A model generated the notes under the pieces. It saw only the letters and a program-made list of their open reading frames with translations, was not told the DNA's origin and made no database searches. The translations under genes were made by a program, and so were the position numbers. 64,000 nucleotides of DNA from Octopus vulgaris (taxonomy: Eukaryota): positions 139,872,001 through 139,936,000 of the forward strand of contig OX597814.1 in NCBI GenBank assembly GCA_951406725.2, read 5' to 3'. This document shows, one piece after another, positions 25,371-36,469 of the stretch. Each line of letters begins with the position of its first letter. Positions within the stretch are counted from its first letter, which is position 1.

Positions 25371-26123
25371 TAACAAGAGGCTATTTATAACCCAGTCATT
25401 GAATATTGTTTTAGAAAAAATCCATTTCAGTTGCATAGACATTAAAATGTAATATTGATGGCATCAGTTTCACCAGTCTGAGAGGGCCTGCAAGGGTCAT
25501 GGGCTGTGTCCCTTCCTTCAGACCCAGCAAGTAGAAATATATATATAAGGATGATTGAATCAGATCCATAGGCTAAAGGTGAGCTGCAGGAACCAATGTG
25601 TCCGAATAACATCAAATAGCTGGAAATGAGACAAATGATATATATATATATATGATGGAGATTGGAGATGTAAGTCTAGAGTTGTTATTGCATTCTGTAT
25701 TTAAGGTTCCTCCAACACTTAAACATTTGCCATTAAAGTCAGATCTTTTCCTGAATGGGAAAGTGTAGATGATTCTTAATAGATCATCATTGTTAACAGC
25801 AAATTTACCATAATTTCCCAAAGGTCTGATTTTCCATCACTTCACTTTGAACTGTTTACAAATAACTGAAAGAACTTGATTGGTTGCTAATCAACTGTCA
25901 GACAGAGAAATTTATTTCAGATTGGAAAACCCTAAGAGACAAGTTTGGAACTATTGGAGCTAAGTAGTCTTAGCTTTAAATACAGGAAACTTAACTTCCT
26001 AGAAGGAAATTTAGTGCCACAGATCATGTACACATTTGCTATAAGCATTTGAACTTCACATCTTACAATACCATCTTAATAAAACAAATTCAGGATAATA
26101 GCTGTCATACAAAGAATACATTC

Positions 26124-26176
<53 letters not shown>

Positions 26177-26190
26177 CAATAATAATAATA
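26124..26190. repeat. (AAT)n microsatellite
   Basis: Read directly. Confidence 0.9.
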
Positions 26191-26529
26191 CTTATAATTA
26201 TTGAGGTTTTGTACTAATAAATGATATCAAAGAAATATTTTAAAACATTTCTTTCTCTTCTCTTTCTTTCTCTCTCTTTTCTGTTATCTCTGTTCTTGCC
26301 TCTTTTTTTTATTCTCAAATAGTTTTATTGAACTAGAATTAACCTTTCTCTCTAAATGTCAGACCAACAATAGACTACAGAAACTGTCTCCTGCTGCTTT
26401 TTAAATATAGTAAAAAAAAATAATAAAATAAAAGAATAAATAAATGCATTTTTAGTAGTTAACATCTATGAACATAATGGAAAGATAAACAAATTTCTAC
26501 TAGTGATGTCATTGTCATCATCATCATCA

Positions 26530-26972
26530 TCACCATCATTTAACATCCACTTTTCCATGCTCACATGGGTCAGATGGATTTTGCTGAGATAGATTTTTCT
26601 ATGGCTAGATGCTGTTCCTGTCACCAACTGTCACCTGTTTCCAAGTAAGGTGATATGACCAGATATATCTTCATGAGATCGGCAGCAAAGGACATCATTT
26701 GCTTGACAATGGCATTCGCTTTTAGACTGTGAAGGCAAGATAGCAGTAACACATACTTGCGTGTGCATGCATGCACACACATGCACACACACACACACAC
26801 ACACACACAGACGATGTTTTTTTTCTGTTTCTGTCTACTAAATCCACTCACAAAGCTTTGGTCAACTTGTGACTATGATAGCAGACATTTGCATAAAGTG
26901 TCAGACAGTGGGACTGAACCCTAAACCTTGTGATTGGGAAGTAAATTTCTTACCATACAAACACATCTGTAC
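26530..26972 (-). mobile_element. SINE family A
   Basis: Reverse complement of the 4107-4515 layout. Confidence 0.7.
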
Positions 26973-27767
26973 TTATACACAGCATGCTCCAGCTTGACTA
27001 CAGCTGCATGGCTGAATTGAGTGAAAGAATAGGGTTATTATTAGCTCTGTTTTGGCAGTGAAACTCCAACCCTCTCTCATTGTTGAAACATTGCTTCTTT
27101 ATCTTTGTTCTATAAAAACTTCTATGGTCATTCTTCTCTTTGAACCTCCTCTTAAGGTTACTAATTAAGTAATTTGTCTGTTTTTCTTATTGTCTTCATT
27201 TCACTGTTGTCTTCTCCTCTAAAATGTGTTTTAATTTTAGTTTTTGAAATTCTGTCTTGAAGAACTCTGTTCTTGTTTCCAAAATAAATATGATGTTAGT
27301 TCTTTTAAAAGCTTGCATAAATCATTTTATGAATCTTAAGGCAGCTTTTTATTGTATTAAAAAGAAATTTTTAATAACATATTTTCTTTTGTGATTCTTC
27401 ACATTCTGAGTATTTGTTGGATGCTTGTTCTATTGCTGGTCACTTGCCATATTATTGAAGTGACTTCCAGTAAAAAAAAAAAAAGTAAAAAAAAAAAGAA
27501 CAATAATTTCTGCTGTTGTATTCCAAATTGAATCATTTATATACTGACCTTTGATGACAATGATATAACATGGAATATTATGTTACAAGTTCCAGTTAAA
27601 ATAATAGCTGCAAATATATTAAAAAGATGTGAAAAAATACCACTCACATGCTATAAGTGTCAGCTGAAAAGCTAATAAGCTTTCCAAGCTCTATGTAAGC
27701 TATTCAAAGTAGATTTCTCACATATTTTTAAAGACATTAATATGTATGTATATGTACTATATATATT

Positions 27768-28168
27768 TGCCAGTTCTGTCTGGCAACCGTGTCGGTGGCA
27801 CGTAAAAGCACCATCCGTTCGCGTCCGTTGCCAGCCTCGGCTGGCCCCCATGCCGGTGACACGTAAAAGCACCGTCCGTTCGTGTCCGTTGCCAGCATTG
27901 CCTGGCCCCGTGCCGGTGACACGTAAAAGCACCATCCGTTCATGGCCGTTCGCCAGCTCTGTCTGGCACCTGTGCAGGTGGCACGTAAAAAACACCCACT
28001 ACACTCGCGGAGTGGTTGGCGTTAGGAAGGGCATCCAGCCGTAGAAACACTGCCAGATCTGACTGGGCCTGACGAAGCCTTCCAGCTTCACAGACACCAG
28101 TTGACCCGTCCAACCCATGCTAGCATGGAAAGCGGACGCTAAACGATGATGATGATGATGATGATGAT
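27768..28168 (+). mobile_element. Young SINE family C copy with internal 60-bp tandem repeat
   Basis: Four GGTG(G/A)CACGTAAAA units at ~60-bp spacing, CpGs retained, (GAT)n tail. Confidence 0.85.
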
Positions 28169-28503
28169 ATATATATATATATATACATATATATATACAC
28201 ACACACACATCGCACTAGATAAACTATGGCTTTGTTGAGTACAGGTTTGCAATAGGCCAGTCACTAATTCATAGCATATCAGATAGCAAGTATTTGTAAC
28301 TCAATACAGAAAATGTATATGACATTTTGTTTGAAGCACTTTTTTGTTGTCTTGTTGATGTTTATATTCTTTATAATTTTATGATTCTTAAGGTAGCTGA
28401 AGTGAATAAAAGATATAGTTAAAAATATATTCCTTTCTTTAGAAATTTATCTTAAGAAAATCTTTTTAATTTTTTAAATTCATAACATAAATCTATTTCG
28501 ATT

Positions 28504-28698
28504 TGTTGTGTCTGGGGGGAGTCATTTTCTTTTTGTGCCTTATAATGTAATAACCTTTTCAACAGTCTTGACTATAGTCGGTTGCAAGGTGCAACGAAAA
28601 TTTTAGGAAAATAAAAATAAGAAATAAGTGGAAATTTTACCGGTGAGTGTGTTACATTATAAGGCACAAAAAGAAAATGACTCTCCCCAGACACAACA
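28504..28698. repeat. Inverted repeat (47-bp arms, 1 mismatch) around a partial hammerhead; probable Penelope pLTR inversion
   Basis: 28504-28550 vs 28652-28698; spacer has GTTGCA-AGG-TGCAAC-GAAAATTTTA (28581-28605). Confidence 0.75.
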
Positions 28699-29012
28699 GA
28701 ATATGCTTCAACACACGAACTCACATAAAGAATCTTGCAAACCAAATCCAAAAACGAAATATTTCAATTTGGTTATCACCAGTATAACAAAATACACTTC
28801 GGTTGAGTTAAGAGATGGATGAGCAAGAAGTTCATGTGAAGCTCCAAAGACAAAATATTTACAATTATCAAAACAAAGTGCTGTTTCAGTGAACAGCAAA
28901 CAGAAAAGAATATATTGAAGCCAGGTGAAATAATTTCAGTAGTTCATGTGAAATGTTGTGTCCTAACAAGGACGGTTGCAGTGAGTGGTGTAGATTCTAG
29001 CAGCTAGTTGGT

Positions 29013-29440
29013 TTAACCCTATAGCATTTAAATTGGCCATATCCAACCAAACTGACCAAATCCAGGCTGTCACATCTACCCTATTTCTTTAATACCCACA
29101 GAAAGGACAAACAAGGACAGACAAACAGATTAAGTCGATTATATCAACCCCTGTGCATAACTGGTACTTATTTAATTGACCCCGAAAGGATGAAAGGCAA
29201 AGTCGACCTGGGCGGAATTTGAACTCAGAACGTAGCGGCAGACGAAATACCGCTAAGCATTTCGCCCAGCATGCTAATGTTTCTGCCAGCTCACTGCCTT
29301 TGTCACATCTACCCTACTATGTTATTTATTCTACTTTAAATAATCACATCATCAAAATCTCAAGGATGTGAGATAATGCATGATTAATTCAAAACAATGT
29401 GAACCAACAAGCATTACATTTGATAGAATAACTTGACCCA
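29013..29440 (+). mobile_element. TTAA-type MITE family copy, interrupted by a SINE
   Basis: TTAACCCTATAGCATTTAAA start; homologous to the antisense copy at ~35435-35656 and a fragment at 41181-41245. Confidence 0.55.
29084..29300 (-). mobile_element. SINE family B with 16-bp TSD
   Basis: TSD TGTCACATCTACCCTA at 29068-29083 and 29301-29316. Confidence 0.9.
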
Positions 29441-29589
29441 CTAAATGTTTCAGCTGTGCCAATACTACTAACAGTGTCATTGTCATTGTGATTCATTGCC
29501 TATTTTGAGTGCCATAAATTCCTGCAGCTAGTGGTCTTGGCTACAGGAATTTACTGGCTAATGACGATGAAGATGATAATCATGATATT

Positions 29590-29745
29590 CCCCATTACGC
29601 TCTCAGAGTGGTTGGTGTTAGGAAGGGCATCCAGCTGTAGAGAACCATGTCAAATCAGACTGGAGCCTGCCACAGCCTTCCACTGTGCCAGCCCAGTCAA
29701 ACTGTCCAACCCATGCCAGCATGGACAATGGATGTCAAATGATGG
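29590..29745 (+). mobile_element. SINE family C 3' part
   Basis: GAGTGGTTGGTGTTAGGAAGGGCATCCAGC...CCAACCCATGCCAGCATGG. Confidence 0.75.
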
Positions 29746-30149
29746 TGGTGGTGGTGGTGGTGGTGGTGGTGGTGGTGGTAGTGGTGGTGTGGTGTGTGTA
29801 TGTGTGTGTGTTTCAAGTTTTTTCTGATTACTGATTACTAAAATGCTTGGGTCTTTCCTCTAATGTTAATTTGTTTCTGAAAAAAAAATAGTGATAAATA
29901 TTTCTTTCCCTATGAAAAATAAACGACTAAAAAGTAAATCATTGTAAAATAGTCATCAGCAAAATATGTCAACCATGAAACACATATGTTAAACTATTTT
30001 CCAAGAGAAATGACAACTCATTTATAAACTGTGAAATTATCAATCAATATGCATTAAAAATTTATCTATTGATTGTTTGCAGCTTATTTTAAGGGTAAGG
30101 AATATGCTTGGCATAAAAAATTCTAATTTTTTAATGTGTCATCATTATC

Positions 30150-30385
30150 ATCATCATCATCTTCTATTGTCCATTTTCCATGCTGGCATGGGTTGGACAG
30201 TTTGACAGGAGCTGGCAAGCCTGAGAGCTGCTCCAGACTCCAATTGTCTGTCCTGGCATGGTTTCTATGGCCAGACGCCCTTCCTAATGCAAACCACTCA
30301 AGAGTGTACGAGGTGCTTTTACATGGCACCAGCACCGGTGCTTTTTATGTGACACCGGCATTGGTGCTTCTTATGTGGCACTAGC
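30150..30385 (-). mobile_element. SINE family C
   Basis: CCATGCTGGCATGGGTTGGACAG...GCCCTTCCTAATGC; reverse complement of family C. Confidence 0.75.
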
Positions 30386-30619
30386 ATGGGTGTATGTATG
30401 TGTGTATAATCATCATCAATCATTTAATGTCCACCTTCCGTGTTAGCATGAGTGGCACGATTTTACAAGAGCCAGCCAAGTAGAAACCTGCACCAGACTT
30501 CTGTGATTGTTTTGACAGGATTTTTACAGCTGGATGCCCTTATAATATATATATATATATATATATATTGTTGCTGAACTTATATATATATATATATATA
30601 TATATAGATAGATAGATAG

Positions 30620-31870
30620 ATGGTCATCCCATAAGTTCTGTCTGATTTTACCTCTTTTTAAAATTGAATGAAATTTAATAGTATTTTAGAATGTCTAATG
30701 GAATTAAAAATTATTTTTATGCATTTGTGTACATTTAAACTAATTAAATATTATTTTACAGAATAATAGAATTAAAATTTCTTTCATTAAAACCCTTTCT
30801 AATATGGAAGTATCCAAAGAGCATTTGAGGCACATAATGCTTTATGAATACAAATAAGGAAACTCTGCAACCGAAGCGACTCAAAACATACACTCAGTTT
30901 ATGGGAAAGAATGCTTGAATGAAAGAACTTGCAGAAGATGGTTTGCAAAATTCAGAAGTGGAGATTTCAGCCTTGAAGATGAAGATTGAACAGGATGTCC
31001 AGTTGAGTTTGATGATAAGCTCCTTGAGGCATTACTTGAAGAAATTCCTGCATTATCAGTTGAAGAATTGGCAATAATGCTTATTTCAAACCATACAACT
31101 GTTCATCGTCAACTTCAACAACTTGGAAAGGTTCCTAAATTTGGAAAATGGGTGCCTCATGAATTGTCCGAAAGCAACCACAAATCTCGAGTTGACATCT
31201 GCTCTTCTCTCCATTCTCGTGAACTCATTTCACCCTTTTTGGATAGACTTGTGACTGGTGACAAAAAATAGATCTTCTATCGAAATGTTAAATATCATAA
31301 ACAATGGCTTGGTAAAAGGGAAAAGGCTCAACCACAACCGAGAGGGAAACTTCATGGGAAAAAGGTTCTTCTCTCTATCTGGTGGGATTGTTACCACCTA
31401 ATGCAACAACCAATACTCAAGTCTACTGTCAGTAATTAGAGCATTTGAACCAAGCATTGAAGAAATAAAAAGAACGTTTTAGTGAATCAAAAAGGAGTGA
31501 TGTTTCATTAGGACAATGCGCAACCTCACACTGCAAAGATCACATCACAGAAAATCGAAGGGCTTGGTTGAGAAAAAATTCCTCATCCATCTTATTTGCT
31601 CCTTCAGATTACCATTTGTTTTGTAGTTTACAGAATCATTTGGGGGATATAACTTTTGCAACCCAGGAGGAGGTCAAAACTGACATTTCAGAGTTCTTTG
31701 ATTTGAAACCAAAAGAATTTTACATTGATTGGATTAAAAAGCTTGTAAATAGATGGAAGTCATAGATAATCAGGGAAAGTACATTGATGATTAAATTTCA
31801 ATTAAATATAACATTTGATCACTTGTTTTCTTTATTCAAAATTCAGACAGAACTTATGGGATGATCTGAT
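30620..31870 (+). mobile_element. Full-length defective mariner transposon (~1.25 kb)
   Basis: 22-bp perfect TIR core TCATCCCATAAGTTCTGTCTGA (30624-30645) with reverse complement at 31843-31864; TA-repeat flanks. Confidence 0.92.
30804..31794 (+). pseudogene. Mariner transposase pseudogene
   Basis: MEVSKEHLRHIMLYEYK*GNSATEA...RRWFAKFRSGDFSLED...WVPHEL...LVTGDKK*...IWWD...DNA...APSDYHLF; several stops, frameshifts and short deletions. Confidence 0.9.
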
Positions 31871-33729
31871 ATATATATTATAAGAGGATCATTAAACCAA
31901 ATAGTTAAAAGTTGACTTCACAACCATGAGCTGTGGTATTTTCCAAAATCTCAGATTAATCTATGCCTTGTAATTCAAATTAGGTAGTCAGAGACAATAT
32001 GGAAGTCCATTAGCTAGATTGTATCTAATTCAAAGGTATAACCTTGTCATATATTGTGTCATACTGATTCTGACTGAGTATTACATTAAAAGTGCATGTT
32101 AATGTGGAATACTCAGCCACTTATATGCTAACTCACTGTTCGAACAACTGAATCTCTATCATCAACCAATAGAGAACTATCTATACATATGTACGTGCTT
32201 GTGTGTGTAAATGATTTAGATGTCAATAATTCTATTTAAAAAAGCTAGAAAATATTATACTTGCTTACATGCAATAGTGTTATTTAAAGAATAAAGAATC
32301 TTTAGAGATCATCCAATCCTTCAATGTTGTTGGTTTTTATCCCCAAAAAAGTGTAGTATTTGATCTATCAAGAATTATTACTAATAGGCATTACAGGATG
32401 AAGAATGAAGAACAGTAAATCACATTCTGTCAAAAGCTTATATAATTATATAGATTGAAATGGTTTGTTATATAAAGAATATTTTCTTATGCACATATCT
32501 GATTTTTCTTGTGCATATGTTGTGAGTATTAGGAACATCAGAAATATATATTCAAAATATTTATACTGTTATAAATATTTATATGATCTCTTAACCATCA
32601 TAATTGTTTCTGGTTGTATGAGGGATGATTCTTTGAAGTGTTTGGTTATAGGAAGGACATTAAGTGCTCAAATTCATATTCCAACTATTCCTGCATATAT
32701 CTTAATTTGCATAAGCAACCAATTCATACAAAGGTATTCTAGTTATGACCATCCCGTGTTATTTTCCCCCTCTTCAGATGGTGTGCATTCAAGACTATGT
32801 TATACAACTCAGCCTTAGATATTATATTTTTCAAGATAGTAAGGTGCGATTTGAGGGAATTTAGCTTCTATTTCTTGCAAAACAAGTGACTATGTAGAGA
32901 TTCCCTTGCTTGCTTATAGAAAAAGAAAAAGAATATTGTCATTGCTTTGTTAGAGAAAAAAGGTTGTACCAGTTACACTTTTTCAGGGCCTCCAAAACTG
33001 CTGGGAGAAGTAGGGGAAGTCATCCTTGGACTCTCCAAAAAGCACTGGTGGCTAGACAGTGGTGTTAAACTGAGTAGTAGGCTTCCACAGAATCTCTACC
33101 TACCAAATTTCATTCACAAGGTCTTTGATTGGTCTGAATCAAATGTAAGAAATACAGTAATATAATACTGTTATGTAACTGTTTAATCTTGGTCTGATAA
33201 TGTAGTGAAGATGTCTGGTATATTAAAGACAACTTAATATAGATAGCTCAGTGTACTCTTAATAGAAAATGGACTCCTTTATTGTGAACAACATAAAAAT
33301 TGCATCTCATGAAATATCAAAGACCTTATCATATGATTAATACTAACATGAAATAATAGAACATTTCATATTGTTCTTATAAGAATTACTGATTCATTTA
33401 TGCTTTATATTCCCCGATAAATTAACAGTAACATCACTGAGTTTAACAATATAATGTATCATTTCTATTCAGCTGTATTCGTCTTTATATCTTATAAATC
33501 CTTGTATATTGATTGGATCTGTTTTACTTGGAATAACTTTAGAATTAATCTTGGTGTGTGTAGTTTAGAGTGAAAAGATTTTTGTTTTGATAAAGCAAGA
33601 AGCAAGTGACATTTTATATTGCTGGGATAAGAATATTATTTCATATTTCATGGCACTGGGGTTTATTTTGTGGCCCTTCATATCCCATGGTTCAGTAAAT
33701 ATCAGATTGAAATAAGAACTGGGGTTGAT

Positions 33730-34125
33730 AGGTACAGATATGGTAGTGTGTTTAAGAAGCTCACTTTGCAACCACATGGTTTCGAGTTCAGTCCCACTGC
33801 ATGACACCTTGGGCAAGAGTTTTCAACTATAGCCCTGGGCTGACCAATACCTTGTGCATGAATTTGATAAACAAAAACCATCATGTGTGTGTGTGTGTGT
33901 GTGACTGTACATGTGTTTTGTGTCTGTATTTGTCTCCTACAACCACTTGACAACCAGTGTTGGTTTGTTTATGATCTCTTAATGGTTCAGTAAAAAAAGG
34001 TCAATAGAATAAGTACCAAACTTGAAAAACAAGTACCGAGGTTGATTTGTTTGACTGAAATTCTTCAAGGTGGTTCCCCAGCATGGCTACAGCTCAGTGA
34101 CTGAAACAAGTAAAAGATAAAAGAA
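33730..34125 (+). mobile_element. SINE family A
   Basis: GAGTTCAGTCCCACTGC...CCTTGGGCAAG...GAATAAGTACC...GTAAAAGATAAAAG tail. Confidence 0.8.
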
Positions 34126-34384
34126 CTAAAGTTTTGAAGATTTCCCCCTCTGTGGTTCTTGTCTAATTATTGAAACCAGTAAAAGGATTGTACTCAATAC
34201 TGAGTAGATATCTTACACTGATAGCATAAAGATCACAAACATAATTATATAAATGTCTTTGTAATCATATTTTCCAAGTCATGTCTATTTGTGAGTGCAC
34301 CATGCAGCAATTTCTGTTCATCTCTCATAGAGAGTCCACTTTCCTTACATCATCATCATCATCATCAACTCCTGTACATTACTG

Positions 34385-34632
34385 TCTCAAGTCCCAGGGC
34401 TCATAGGGCCAGTTGCCTAGTCTCCATGTTGTGTAAGTGACTGAGCTTACAACATTCTCCCTGACCAGGGTGCCAGTCTGTTGCTGGGTCACTCATTTAC
34501 AGCTGAGTGAACTGAAGCTAAATGAAATGAAGTGTTTTGCTCAAGAACACCATGCACTGCGTAGTTTGAGAATTGAAACCATGATCTGAGGATTATGAGT
34601 GCAACACCCTAATCACTAAGCCATGCGCTTTC
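34385..34632 (-). mobile_element. SINE family D
   Basis: Homologous to 54198-54454 (CAGCTGAGTG...GAAATGAAGTGTTTTGCTCAAGAACAC...CACTAAGCCATGCG). Confidence 0.7.
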
Positions 34633-35434
34633 ACATTGGGGCCAAAAAATCTTATTTCAAACATCTGCTGATTTTTTTACAAACTTCTACACTGAATTTA
34701 TTTATTACTCACATATTTGGGATAGTACATTTATACCTTTACACCCATATTCTATACAGAATTCATGGTGTTTATTATCTTGTAAAAGGCAATCCTATAC
34801 TGACCAATAAATTTCAAACAATGACTCACTGTCAATCCGGTACACCTTTATCTCTTTAACATACTTCAGTTTTACTGAACTTGATAACTTAATGGCACCC
34901 CGTCGAAAGCCACCCCATGTAACTGATTTTCTACCAATATCCCTTACCATTTCATGTTACAAACACCACATTAAACATTTCTTTAAACTTTCCTTCCACA
35001 AAACTGCATTCTTCTAAATCCTCTTTCTTCCCTGTTGTTCTGTTTAATTAATAACCTTCAGCAATCTTCAGCGTGAAATCCACTCAGTAAACGTAATCAT
35101 TTATAAAAGAGAGAATCCATAGAATATTGATAGATTTAGTTGTCATGATGCATGAAAACTCTAATATTTTAAGCTGTTGTCCTTCATTGATTAACTGTTG
35201 CCAACACAGAGCCTGTCCAGTTTTCTCAGATTCTGGATTTACTCCAATCATATATAGCTCCAGTCTTGGGTGATAGACTTAATCCATTTCCTGGTTTAGC
35301 ATCACCATCTGGTCATGAATACTGTTCTGATTACTAAGACTAAGCGATTACAAAAAAAAAAACAAAAAAAAACTGTTGAGACCTGAGGTTAAGACAGCTC
35401 ACTGTTATTTATTCTTTTCCTCCTCTCCTTCCAT

Positions 35435-35656
35435 TTACCCTTTTACAGAAATTACTTTGTCAAATGTAATGCTTATTTATTCGCATTGTTTTCAATAAAT
35501 CATTCATTACCTTGGGGCTACAAGATTTTGATGATGTGATTGTTTATTTTTTAAAATGACATTGTGGGGTACTTGTGATAGGCTGGATCTGGTTGGTTTA
35601 AACACAAAACAGAATATTTGGGTTGAATATAGCTGGCTTAAATGCTATAGACTTTA
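35435..35656 (-). mobile_element. TTAA-type MITE family copy
   Basis: Reverse complement of the 29013-29440 element (TCAAATGTAATGCTT...CATTGTTTT). Confidence 0.55.
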
Positions 35657-36258
35657 AAAGCACATGCACATCTATAAATACATGTTCCTTCATGAACATA
35701 TGTGGAGTACACTTCTCACAAACAGCTAAACTTTACATAAGTTGTCCTTAAAAGAAAATTAGATTTCCCATCCTGTTTCTGCTGTTCCTATTCATATAAT
35801 CTACAAGAAATCTAGATATACTCTCCACATCAACTTCAACATAAAATGAGCAATTCTTTTAATAAAACCCACCATTAGTATAACCATTATTGTAGTGCAA
35901 TATACTTATATAATAAATATATGTATACATACATGTATTAATATATACAATATAGAGCAGAAATTGTTTCTGCTTTCATTTCTACATTATATTTCTCTGC
36001 CAGAGGAAACAAATTTATCTTAAAATATGGTTTATCATTTTCAGAAACCTTTTTGTTGTAAATGCCTGCATTTCAGCTTTTCCATTGGTATTTTCAATAA
36101 ACTGGCAAATGTTCTACTGTGTAAAAGTCTACTAATCTATTATCTTTTGATAAAGTTGGGCATAAAAAAAAATGTGCCTGAATATCTTTTTATAACTGCT
36201 ACATATTCAACTGTTAACATCTATTTTTTGTCTTATGTGGGGAATTATTAATATTGTA

Positions 36259-36469
36259 TTGTATCTTGGGAAATCATTATGCTAATAATAAATTCACACA
36301 ATTGTTCTATCTCACTTCTTTTACTATCATTTTCCAACTAGTTAACCATTCAGCTGATCAATTGTTTCATTAATCATTCAGTCAATTTATTGACCAATAA
36401 TAATAAAAGAAGTGAAATAGAGCAAGTGCATGTGTTTATTATTGGCATAATGACCCTCCCAAGGTAGAA
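36259..36469. repeat. Diverged inverted repeat (~73-bp arms), related to 28504-28698
   Basis: 36259-36331 vs 36396-36469; minus-strand spacer CTGAATGA...GAAACAATTGATC; downstream 19-mer AAGAATCTTGCAAACCAAA is shared with 28728-28746. Confidence 0.65.

Noticed and set aside
27781-28000. Regularly spaced repeats resembling a CRISPR array
   Set aside because: The intervening sequences are homologous to each other, the array is inside a SINE, the context is eukaryotic and there are no cas genes.
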